Assembly: GCA_050014355.1 (NCBI GenBank)
Contig: JBEKDL010000002.1
Location: 2,503 to 66,502 of the forward strand
DNA length: 64,000 nucleotides
Source: Dehalococcoidales bacterium
GTDB lineage: Bacteria; Chloroflexota; Dehalococcoidia; Dehalococcoidales; RBG-16-60-22
Direction: 5' to 3'
Shown here: positions 46,728-54,926 of the stretch, piece by piece
How the letters are laid out: each line of letters begins with the position of its first letter
Position numbering within the stretch: position 1 is the first letter of the stretch
Made by a program: the position numbers and the translations under genes
The notes under the pieces: generated by a model
Seen by the model: only the letters and a program-made list of their open reading frames with translations
Told to the model about the DNA's origin: nothing
Database searches by the model: none

Positions 46728-47021
46728 ATGGCTAAAGATAGAGTATATGCTTTGCCCAACGTCACCACGCCGAGCCGCCCGGTGATATTCACGGATAAGT
46801 GCAAGGGATGTAACCTGTGCGTGGAGGTCTGTCCGGTGGATGTCTACATACCCCACCCCGAGAAGGGTAAAGCGCCGATAATCCTTCACCCCGATGAATG
46901 CTGGTACTGCGGCAGCTGCGTCTACGCGTGCAATATCCCCGGAGCGATCGAGTTCAACTGGCCGCTACAGCAGCGGGGCTACTGGAAAAATAAAGCAACG
47001 GGCAAGGTCTCACGGGCTTAG
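46728..47021 (+). CDS. Small 2x[4Fe-4S] ferredoxin-domain protein (AprB-like partner)
   Basis: 97 aa with CKGCNLCVEVCP and CWYCGSCVYAC. It lies immediately downstream of the flavoprotein. Confidence 0.75.
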   Translation: MAKDRVYALPNVTTPSRPVIFTDKCKGCNLCVEVCPVDVYIPHPEKGKAPIILHPDECWYCGSCVYACNIPGAIEFNWPLQQRGYWKNKATGKVSRA

Positions 47022-47039
47022 CAGGTTTGCCGGAACCCG

Positions 47040-48479
47040 CTACTTTTTCTTTATCCCGGAAAACCCTAATTTTACCTGCAGCGGCTCGTCGATATACAGG
47101 TACTTGTCAGTCGCTTTGTCCCAGGCCGGCCAGTAAATCAGGTCTTTAACGCTCGGGTTACCCGTCTTCGCAAAGTGCGCCCACATCGCCATCATTTCTT
47201 CGGACACTTTTTTATCAATAGCGGAAAGCTCCGGGTCAACCGCTACAAACGGTGCCGGGGCCGGAGACGTATTCCCTGACCGGGGAGGGGGGGGCCGGTT
47301 CCACCAGCCGGACGTGTTATCGTAATCGCCGAAGACGTAATAAAGCTCCATACCGTGCGGCGCGGACTTGAGCCCAGCTTTCTTCCGCCCGTCCGGCACG
47401 CGGTTGAAGATATAGGCATAGGCTTTGGTCTTGGTTTTTTCCGCGCCTTTGAACATCTCTACGTAAAGCGGAATCATATGCGGCAGGAAAAGTATTGAGC
47501 TGTCATCAGTAATTTCTCCCAGGTTTCCCCCGGCGATAAACGGAACAGCATTATACTTGTCCGAACTTAGAATATTCAGCGCTTTATCCGGCAGGACCCA
47601 GCCGTCCACCGCTTCATCCCATATTCCGATAAGCACATTTTCCTCCCGGCAGAGAGCCGCGTTCGCTTCCAGAATTTGCTGGACAGGCAGGGCGCGGGCC
47701 GCTTTCAAGGGGTGGGCCTCTTTGGCGATGCCGAGTTTGGCGAATAGTCTCTCGCCGAACTGTTCCATGTACTTTAACGAAGCGCCGCTCATGGCGCCGT
47801 CAGGCGGGTTCCAGGCGCTTTCCAGGATAGCCCGTTGAAAAAGCCCTTTCGCTAAAGGACTTGCCATCAGGATGGCCACTTTGGCGCCGCCGCCCGATTC
47901 GCCGAAGATGGTGACGTTATCCGGGTCGCCGCCGAAAGCCGCGATATTTTGCTGCACCCATTTCAGAGCGGCAATCATGTCCAGGAAGATATAGTTCCCC
48001 GAAACACCGATTGAAGATTCGCGGGAAAGTAAAGGATGGCAAAACAGGCCGAGCGCTTCGAGGCGCATGTTGACGGTCACCAGTACCACGCCGTGCCGGG
48101 CCAACCGCGCCGAATTAAAGAGCTTTTCATTGCCGTGACCGCCCGTAAACCCGCCGCCGTGCATGAAGACCATAACCGGCAGATCCTCGGACGCCTTTTG
48201 AGCCGGCGTGACGACATTCAGGTAAAGGCAGTCTTCGCTCTGCGCCAATGGTGTAGTAGGTCCAAAACCAATTAACTGGGGGGTTACCGCGCTATAGGCA
48301 GTGCACTCGCGGATCCCTTGCCAGGGCATGGCCGGTTGCGGCGGCTGCCAGCGAAGTTCTCCCAGGGGCGGAGAGGCGTACGGAATGCCACGATAAGTGC
48401 GCACTTTCTGACCGGCATCGCCAATCATGGTCCCAGAGACATAGCCGTATTCTGTTTTTATCGGGTCCGCGAGCAACAT
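47040..48479 (-). CDS. Type-B carboxylesterase/lipase family protein
   Basis: 479 aa with the oxyanion HGGGF, the nucleophile elbow FGESGGG and an N-terminal IPYASPP motif. Confidence 0.85.
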   Translation of the reverse strand: MLLADPIKTEYGYVSGTMIGDAGQKVRTYRGIPYASPPLGELRWQPPQPAMPWQGIRECTAYSAVTPQLIGFGPTTPLAQSEDCLYLNVVTPAQKASEDLPVMVFMHGGGFTGGHGNEKLFNSARLARHGVVLVTVNMRLEALGLFCHPLLSRESSIGVSGNYIFLDMIAALKWVQQNIAAFGGDPDNVTIFGESGGGAKVAILMASPLAKGLFQRAILESAWNPPDGAMSGASLKYMEQFGERLFAKLGIAKEAHPLKAARALPVQQILEANAALCREENVLIGIWDEAVDGWVLPDKALNILSSDKYNAVPFIAGGNLGEITDDSSILFLPHMIPLYVEMFKGAEKTKTKAYAYIFNRVPDGRKKAGLKSAPHGMELYYVFGDYDNTSGWWNRPPPPRSGNTSPAPAPFVAVDPELSAIDKKVSEEMMAMWAHFAKTGNPSVKDLIYWPAWDKATDKYLYIDEPLQVKLGFSGIKKK

Positions 48480-48647
48480 GCTTTTCCTCCAATCCGGGTA
48501 ACGAAATACAACGCAGTCACATGGTAAATCACCCTATTATCGGTTGTCAATCGCATAATAAAAAAGTATTTCAAAAGGTTGACGCTGCCCCCCTTTTCCC
48601 ATTAGAATTAGCTTTAATTGTGCGCCCGCGTAGCAGCAAGGAGTTTC

Positions 48648-49988
48648 ATGGAAGTAGAGACGAAATGGGACGAGCTGACTCCCGCAGAGAAGCGGGAGAA
48701 GAGGTTCGAGCACTGGCTGGAGGCGCCGGGCGTTAAGTTCGATAGCCCGGAAGCTAAAAAAGGTTATCAGGCCAGGGTCGCCCGCTTAATCAAGGCGCTC
48801 AAGCGGGAAGTACCCGACCGCGTCCCCGTGCAGCTGCCGGCGGGTGGATTCCCGGTCTATTACGCCGGGGCGAACCTCCATCAGGCGATGTACGACCCAG
48901 AGCTGGTGCGCCGGGCCGGGCTGAAATTCGTCCGGGACTTTAAAGACGACATGGACAGCTTCCAGGGCGCCGGTATCAGCTCCGGGAGGCACCTGGAAAT
49001 CATCGATTACAAACTGGCGGCCTGGCCGGGCCGCGGCCTGGGGAAAAACGCCTCCGCTTACCAGTTTGTCGAGGGCGAAAACATGACGGCCGATGAGTAT
49101 GACGCCCTCATCAAAGACCCCTCCGACTGGGCGCTACGGACTTTCCTGCCCCGCGTGGTCAGGGCTTTCGAGCCGCTCACAAACTTACCGCCCCTGGTCT
49201 CATTGTTGAGCATGCCCACGGGGTTCGCGGCCCCGGCGGCTATCCCCGCGGTAAGAGCGGCTTTCCAGGCGATGATTGATGCCGGCATCGAGCAGGAAAA
49301 AATGCTAAAAGCGAACCTGGAAATCGGCCGGGCGGCGCTGATGGCGGGTCTGCCCTCGTTGAGGGGCGCGTCGGGCATGGCGCCCTTCGATATCCTCGGC
49401 GATTTGCTCCGAGGCACCAGGGAGCTAATGATGGACATGTTCCGGCGGCCACAACAAATCCACCGGGCGCTGGATAAAATCACCGAGCTGACCATCGAGC
49501 GCTATAAGACCGTTAGCAGGGATATCAACACCCTCACGGTTACCTTCCCCCTCCATAAAGGCGATGACACGTTCATGTCGGATAAGCAGTTCGCGACATT
49601 CTACTGGCCCACGCTGAAAGAGGTCATTCTGGGGATTATTAAGGAAGGTCTGATGGTGAACCTCTTCGCCGAAGGCAGCTACAATAACCGCTTGAAGCAG
49701 GTCACCGACCTCCCCGAAGGTTGGGTCAACTGGCATTTCGACCGCACGGACATGGCCAGAGCCAAGGAAATCCTCGGTGGGCAATGTTGCATCATTGGCA
49801 ATGTCCCGGCCTCGCTGATGTGCACCGGCACGCCGCAGGCTGTTAAGGACTATTGCCGCAAGCTCCTCGAGACCTGCGGTAAAGGCGGCGGCTACATCCT
49901 GGCCGGCGGCGCCAGCACCTCCCAGACGAACTCGGCCAATTTGAAAGCGATGATGGCCGCCGCGAAAGAGTACGGCGTCTACCATTGA
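48648..49988 (+). CDS. Uroporphyrinogen-decarboxylase (URO-D) superfamily protein
   Basis: The ORF track gives 48618-49988; ATG 48648 with an AAGGAG RBS is preferred. The C-terminal GKGGGYILAGGASTSQTNSANLKAMMAAAKEYG is typical of URO-D/MtaA-like TIM barrels. Confidence 0.65.
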   Translation: MEVETKWDELTPAEKREKRFEHWLEAPGVKFDSPEAKKGYQARVARLIKALKREVPDRVPVQLPAGGFPVYYAGANLHQAMYDPELVRRAGLKFVRDFKDDMDSFQGAGISSGRHLEIIDYKLAAWPGRGLGKNASAYQFVEGENMTADEYDALIKDPSDWALRTFLPRVVRAFEPLTNLPPLVSLLSMPTGFAAPAAIPAVRAAFQAMIDAGIEQEKMLKANLEIGRAALMAGLPSLRGASGMAPFDILGDLLRGTRELMMDMFRRPQQIHRALDKITELTIERYKTVSRDINTLTVTFPLHKGDDTFMSDKQFATFYWPTLKEVILGIIKEGLMVNLFAEGSYNNRLKQVTDLPEGWVNWHFDRTDMARAKEILGGQCCIIGNVPASLMCTGTPQAVKDYCRKLLETCGKGGGYILAGGASTSQTNSANLKAMMAAAKEYGVYH

Positions 49989-50028
49989 AATCGGACTCAT
50001 ACTTGAAATGTGAAGGAGGGTACGGAAA

Positions 50029-50937
50029 ATGGCCAGGACTAAATACGGGCACCTGGTGAAAAAGCTCCCGTTCGCTTATGATAAAAGCGGCTACCGGCAG
50101 GGCACGAAGCTAGACGGTGCTTTCCTGGGGATGGATGTGCATATCAAATACGGCGCTTACTGGTCGGCGGGCAGGGTGGGTGAAGCGCCTTACGGCATCC
50201 ACAAGCATAATTTCAACCAGGTTTTGCTCTGGTTGGGCGCCGATTGCCATGATTTAAGCGAGCTGGGGGCCGAAATCGAGCTAAGCCTGGGAGACAAAAA
50301 GGAAAGGGACAGACACGTTTTTACGTCCTCGTCCGCCGTCTATATTTCTAAGGCGTTTCCGCATTTCCCCGCCACGATTAACCGGATGGACAAGCGCTTT
50401 ATCTACCTGGAAATTTCCCAATCTCCCGAATGTAAGACCAGAGCGGTTCCTGCGAGCCAGGCCGCCGCTGGAGAAGCCCCGCTGGCCACCTGGTTTTCCA
50501 AAAACAGCAAGCGTGTTTCCCACCTGACTTTCCACCGCAAGAGTGCCTGGCATTACGGCCCTCTCAACCGGGACGATTCCGGCGGCTCGATTGCCGAGCT
50601 CCATTGCCCGGACTTCCCGTTCGGCATGATGTGGGAAAGCATCCGGAAAGCGCCTTACCGCTTCGGGCCGGTCCCGGATAAGCCGCACGTCCATACCTAT
50701 AACGAGTTCCTCTTTTTCATCGGTGCGGATACCGACGATTTGTCCCATCTTGGTGCGGAAGTTGAAATGTATATGGGCAGAGAAGGCGAAAAACACGTTA
50801 TCACCGAGCCCACCGTCGTCTTCCAGCCCCGGGGCTTTCCGCACTGTCCGCTCGTGGTGACGAAGATTGAAAAACCGTTTATTTTCTCCGTTGTTTACCC
50901 GTTCGGCACCGCCGCCCAGCAACAGCCCGGGGCATGA
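50029..50937 (+). CDS. Uncharacterised protein with two tandem cupin-like modules
   Basis: 302 aa. Each half contains HxHxxx[EQ]-x5-G-x8-LGAE[IV]E[LM]x[LM]G...H[VI]...F[P]HxP. It has a strong GAAGGAGGG RBS. Confidence 0.6.
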   Translation: MARTKYGHLVKKLPFAYDKSGYRQGTKLDGAFLGMDVHIKYGAYWSAGRVGEAPYGIHKHNFNQVLLWLGADCHDLSELGAEIELSLGDKKERDRHVFTSSSAVYISKAFPHFPATINRMDKRFIYLEISQSPECKTRAVPASQAAAGEAPLATWFSKNSKRVSHLTFHRKSAWHYGPLNRDDSGGSIAELHCPDFPFGMMWESIRKAPYRFGPVPDKPHVHTYNEFLFFIGADTDDLSHLGAEVEMYMGREGEKHVITEPTVVFQPRGFPHCPLVVTKIEKPFIFSVVYPFGTAAQQQPGA

Positions 50938-50988
50938 TTGATTAATCTGGATGACAACCGATAAAGTAGATAAAGGAGGCATTTAAGC

Positions 50989-51501
50989 ATGGCGGAAAAA
51001 ACGAAATACGGCAAATACTTCATCGAGTACGACCCCACCCGGTGGCCTAAAGAGCGCCGCCCGGTGATGGTGCGCATGGAAGAGAGCGTCATGAAGGGGA
51101 GCCATTTCTATCTGGTACACTGGGTCATGCCCGGTTTTGCCAAACCCCTCGGCGAGTACAAGTACGCCGGCCACCCGCCGCACATTCATAAGGACGCCGA
51201 GCTCCTTATCCACATCGGCACGAACCCGGACGACCCCATGGACCTGGGCGCGGAGGTGGAGATGTATATGGGCCCGGAGCTGGAGAGGCACGTTTTCAAC
51301 CGGACGTGCTGCATCTACATCCCGCCGAATTTCATCCACGCCCCCTGGCGGCCGATTAATACTATCCGCCCCTGGATATTCATTGAAATCAATCAGGGGC
51401 CGTCCCATACTGAAAAATCGTACCGGCAGATATTGCCCGCCGAGACCAGGGAGAAGATTGACTGGTCGCGCTGGCCGGACGAGGGCTACGATACCCCCTG
51501 A
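50989..51501 (+). CDS. Uncharacterised single cupin-like module protein (paralog)
   Basis: 170 aa with HIHKDAELLIHIGTNPDDPMDLGAEVEMYMGPELERHVF...IYIPPNFIHAP. It has an AAAGGAGG RBS. Confidence 0.6.
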   Translation: MAEKTKYGKYFIEYDPTRWPKERRPVMVRMEESVMKGSHFYLVHWVMPGFAKPLGEYKYAGHPPHIHKDAELLIHIGTNPDDPMDLGAEVEMYMGPELERHVFNRTCCIYIPPNFIHAPWRPINTIRPWIFIEINQGPSHTEKSYRQILPAETREKIDWSRWPDEGYDTP

Positions 51502-51540
51502 AATCCCGCGATTTTTACTTTAAAAGTTGAGGAGGTTAAT

Positions 51541-51753
51541 GTGGCTTATAAAATTAATGTCAAGAAATGCCTCAAGTGCGGCCTCTGCGCTGTGGAGTGC
51601 CCGGAAAAGGCGATTGTGGTGGATGAGAGAGTTAACGAGAAGGATGGCCTGGTGCGCTATGCGACCAGGATTGATATCAAAAAATGCACCGACTGCGGCA
51701 CCTGTGTTTCTTACGAGTGGTGGTGCCCGGCCAAGGCCATTTCAAAGGGGTAA
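51541..51753 (+). CDS. 2x[4Fe-4S] ferredoxin
   Basis: 70 aa with a GTG start and a GAGGAGG RBS. The cluster motifs are CLKCGLCAVECP and CTDCGTCVSYEWWCP. Confidence 0.8.
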   Translation: MAYKINVKKCLKCGLCAVECPEKAIVVDERVNEKDGLVRYATRIDIKKCTDCGTCVSYEWWCPAKAISKG

Positions 51754-51759
51754 AATTGA

Positions 51760-52254
51760 ATGGCTCGACTTAAATACAGCAAGTACTTTCTAAACGAGCT
51801 TACGCCCGAGGAGCGGTATAAAGGCTACGGTAAAATGCCGTCGATGGTGACTTTTACGGACCATGACATTATCGCCGGCAGCTACTATTTTTCCGCCATG
51901 GTCATGGGTCCGCGCGCTATCGGCCGGGGACACGGACCCCATACCCATAAAGACCCGGAAATCCTCGTGGCGCTCGGTACGGACCCGGACCATCCCGAAG
52001 AACTGGGCGCGGAAATCGAGCTTTGCATGGGACCGGAGATGGAAAAGCATATCATTACTACCTCTACGCTGGTCTTCATTCCGGCCAATTTCGTGCACTG
52101 TCCCTTCCGCGTGATGAAAGTGACCCGGCCATTCCTTTTTATCCAGTCACAGTACGCGCCCAAACTGACCGAGACCGCGTTGAAAAAGCTGTTGGCCCGG
52201 GCGGAGCGCGATAAAATGATTTTCCTCGATGCGGATGGCACACAGAAGGACTGA
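51760..52254 (+). CDS. Uncharacterised single cupin-like module protein (paralog)
   Basis: 164 aa with HTHKDPEILVALGTDPDHPEELGAEIELCMGPEMEKHII...VFIPANFVHCP. Confidence 0.6.
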   Translation: MARLKYSKYFLNELTPEERYKGYGKMPSMVTFTDHDIIAGSYYFSAMVMGPRAIGRGHGPHTHKDPEILVALGTDPDHPEELGAEIELCMGPEMEKHIITTSTLVFIPANFVHCPFRVMKVTRPFLFIQSQYAPKLTETALKKLLARAERDKMIFLDADGTQKD

Positions 52255-52270
52255 ACAGGACGGTAATAAC

Positions 52271-53470
52271 TTAGACCATCCAGTTTAAGGATTGCACGAG
52301 GCGGTACAGTTCGATTTTGTTCTTGACGCCGAGTTTCCGGTAGATATTCTTAATGTGGGTATGCACGGTCAGCTTGCTGATATAGAGCTTTTCAGCGGTC
52401 TCTCTGTAAGACATATCTGAAATAATGCAGTAGATAATATCAACTTCTCTATGGCTTAAATGGTATCTGGACTGCAGGTTGGTTTCCAGCCGGTTCTTGC
52501 CGGTAAGGTCGGTTAAAGTTACCATAAAGTTAGGCACCGAGTGCATTTTATCGGCTTTCCAGACCAGCGAGCATTCGCTTCGGAACTGCTTGCCGCTTTC
52601 GGAAAATACCACTCTTTCCTTCGGCCAGGAGATGAACTGTGACTCCGCATTGATCAAATTCAACAGCTCCGAGCAGTCTTGAATGACGCAAGCTGGCACG
52701 GGAAACTCGCCTTTCTCGATGTTTACGGCATCAGACGGCATTTTGTTATACAGATAAAGGCAAATTTCCCGGGCTTTAGCATTGGAATAGACCGGGCGGA
52801 AGCGATGGTCCAACAACAAAAGGCCGTCATTATTCATTTCGTCGGTGGAGGATTTTTTTCTCCAGCCGTTGATTTTAGAAATGGTGCTGATGTTGTGTAT
52901 GGCGAGGGTAAGGTGGGGTGCGAGTATCTCGGCCCGCGCGATATCGCTTGGCTCATAGTCGGTGTATTCGCGGGGGCGCCAGAGCGTAATCATGCCCTCA
53001 AGGTTGTTTTTCCAGCGAAAGGTGAGAAACAGCTCCCAGTATAGGTGCTGCGGCAGGATAAAATCGTTATAGTAGCTGGAGCTTTCCCAGTCCTTGCAGG
53101 AAATCGAATTGCCGATTTTTAAGACTGTTTTGGTGGAAGATATCGCCGCTTTCAGCAGGGGGGATTGCTGGAAATATCCGTCCTTATATAACGCCGGGTA
53201 GTGTTTATCTTCAACTAAGTTGTGGAAGTCCGATTTGAACGACCGGGACTCGACGACGTTCACGCGCCAGGGGAATCCCTTGATAAGGTGAAAAGTAACG
53301 CATTCGGAGCGGAACGAGCGTATCATGGCCTGGCAAAGTGTGCCGACTAGGCTCTCTACGTCTTGGCAGCGGTTAGCGGTATATACCAGGTCCAGTATCT
53401 CGCGGAGGTCCCTGCTGGAAACAACGGCCATATGCGATTTTATATCACTTTTCTTTTCACATGTCAACAA
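52271..53470 (-). CDS. LuxR-family transcriptional regulator with an uncharacterised N-terminal sensor region
   Basis: The C-terminal HTH is LSHREVDIIYCIISDMSYRETAEKLYISKLTVHTHIKNIYRKLGV. The start is either TTG 53470 or ATG 53431. Confidence 0.8.
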   Translation of the reverse strand: MLTCEKKSDIKSHMAVVSSRDLREILDLVYTANRCQDVESLVGTLCQAMIRSFRSECVTFHLIKGFPWRVNVVESRSFKSDFHNLVEDKHYPALYKDGYFQQSPLLKAAISSTKTVLKIGNSISCKDWESSSYYNDFILPQHLYWELFLTFRWKNNLEGMITLWRPREYTDYEPSDIARAEILAPHLTLAIHNISTISKINGWRKKSSTDEMNNDGLLLLDHRFRPVYSNAKAREICLYLYNKMPSDAVNIEKGEFPVPACVIQDCSELLNLINAESQFISWPKERVVFSESGKQFRSECSLVWKADKMHSVPNFMVTLTDLTGKNRLETNLQSRYHLSHREVDIIYCIISDMSYRETAEKLYISKLTVHTHIKNIYRKLGVKNKIELYRLVQSLNWMV

Positions 53471-53491
53471 AATACCCTGTTCAGGGTATTT
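53470..53491. promoter_or_regulatory. 22-bp palindrome AAATACCCTG-tt-CAGGGTATTT (candidate operator)
   Basis: Perfect 10-bp arms read directly, at the 5' edge of the LuxR gene and facing the divergent ABC operon. Confidence 0.5.
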
Positions 53492-53680
53492 AAATTCACG
53501 TTTATTTGTGCCATACTTCTGATAATCGATAATGATTTGATGGGACTAGCTTTGTTTGGACAATGTTTCAAATAATAAAAAGCAGGTACGCGCTTATAGT
53601 ATTGAGAAAGTGTGTCTAATATTTGCGATTTCCAGGTTTTTGAAATATAACCTTAAATATTATTTAGTTCGTTGATTTAT

Positions 53681-53709
53681 TTGACAAATCGCTCGATAGT
53701 TTTCATAAT
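53681..53709 (+). promoter_or_regulatory. Sigma70-like promoter TTGACA-N17-CATAAT for the ABC/ligase operon
   Basis: TTGACA is at 53681-86 and CATAAT at 53704-09, about 70 nt upstream of the first ORF. Confidence 0.45.
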
Positions 53710-53778
53710 ACGAATGGCTAGGTTATATTCAAATAGGCTGCATCCAACCGCGCCAACAGATTCAGGAGAAAAAACACG

Positions 53779-54039
53779 GTGGTAAACTGGCAGGTCACTG
53801 CGACCACGATTTACTGTGATGCTATCGACGATGACGTCACGCTGATTGTCGATAAAGACTGGAACGTGCAGTGCACCGGTTTTAAAAAATACTCTGCAGA
53901 TCTTGATAAGGCCACTGCCAGGGCGCTCAAGCAAAGGTCACGCAAGCTCGGTAAGAATCTTAAATGCGAAGGCCCTCTCGATTACAGGGTCACCGATTAC
54001 CGGGATAAGCTTAAAGCACAGGAAAAACCCAGACCTTAA
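53779..54039 (+). CDS. Small hypothetical protein (86 aa, 3 Cys, basic C-terminus)
   Basis: GTG start with an AGGAG RBS 10 nt upstream. It is the first ORF of the operon. I recognise no family. Confidence 0.5.
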   Translation: MVNWQVTATTIYCDAIDDDVTLIVDKDWNVQCTGFKKYSADLDKATARALKQRSRKLGKNLKCEGPLDYRVTDYRDKLKAQEKPRP

Positions 54040-54073
54040 ATGGTCAACTAAAGGTTCCAGAAGGGGCGCTACC

Positions 54074-54910
54074 TTGGATACGGCAGTCCGGAAACCAGTC
54101 AAAATAAGAATCGATAACGTTTCACTAAGCTTCGGCGGCGTCAGGGCCCTGATTGACGTCAGCGCAGAAATCCGGGATAAAGAGATACTGGCCATCATCG
54201 GGCCTAACGGTGCCGGTAAGACCGCTCTCCTCAACTGTATCAACGGGTTCTATAAACCTCAAAAAGGCGAGATTTATTTCGAGGGCCGCAGAATCACCCG
54301 CATGCGCCCGGATAAACTCGCCAAGATGGGCATCTCCCGTACCTTCCAGAACATCGAGCTGTATACCGGCTTGAGCACGCAGGACAATATCATGGCTGCC
54401 CGGCACGTGCTCATGAAGCAGACCTTCGTTACCGGCGCCCTGTACTTCGGCCCGGCGCACCACGAAGAAATCGAGCACCGCCATACTGTCGAGGAGATAA
54501 TCGATTTCCTGGAAATTGAAGCCCTCCGTAAAACCCCGGTCGGCGTGCTGCCCTACGGTATGCGCAAAAGGGTCGAGCTGGGCCGGGCTTTAGCCCTGGA
54601 GCCGCAGGTACTGCTCCTCGATGAGCCGATGGCAGGCATGAATTTGGAGGAAAAGGAAGACATCGCCCGCTTCATCATCGATATCTTCGAAGGACAGGGA
54701 GACACTTACCCGGATACCCCCGTCCTGAAAAACGGCATCAGCTGCATCGTCCTGGTGGAGCATGACATGGGCGTGGTGATGGATATCGCGGATAGGATTG
54801 TCGTCCTGGATTTCGGGAAGAAAATAGCTGAAGGCACCCCCACCGAGATTAAAGCCAACCCGGAGGTAATTAACGCCTACCTGGGGCAGGCGGTTGAAGC
54901 GGAGAAATAG
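54074..54910 (+). CDS. Branched-chain-amino-acid-type ABC transporter ATP-binding protein (LivG-like)
   Basis: The ORF track gives 53846-54910. I prefer TTG 54074 (in frame, after the small ORF's stop, with a GAAGGGG RBS). It has GPNGAGKT and LLLDEPMAGMN. Confidence 0.8.
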   Translation: MDTAVRKPVKIRIDNVSLSFGGVRALIDVSAEIRDKEILAIIGPNGAGKTALLNCINGFYKPQKGEIYFEGRRITRMRPDKLAKMGISRTFQNIELYTGLSTQDNIMAARHVLMKQTFVTGALYFGPAHHEEIEHRHTVEEIIDFLEIEALRKTPVGVLPYGMRKRVELGRALALEPQVLLLDEPMAGMNLEEKEDIARFIIDIFEGQGDTYPDTPVLKNGISCIVLVEHDMGVVMDIADRIVVLDFGKKIAEGTPTEIKANPEVINAYLGQAVEAEK

Positions 54911-54926
54911 CCTTGAAGATAATGAT

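Noticed and set aside
53846-54073. 76-codon N-terminal extension of the LivG-like ORF as given in the ORF track.
   Set aside because: The extension overlaps, in another frame, the small ORF that has a proper RBS. It contains no ABC-domain sequence. An in-frame TTG at 54074 with a GAAGGGG RBS gives a normal-length LivG.
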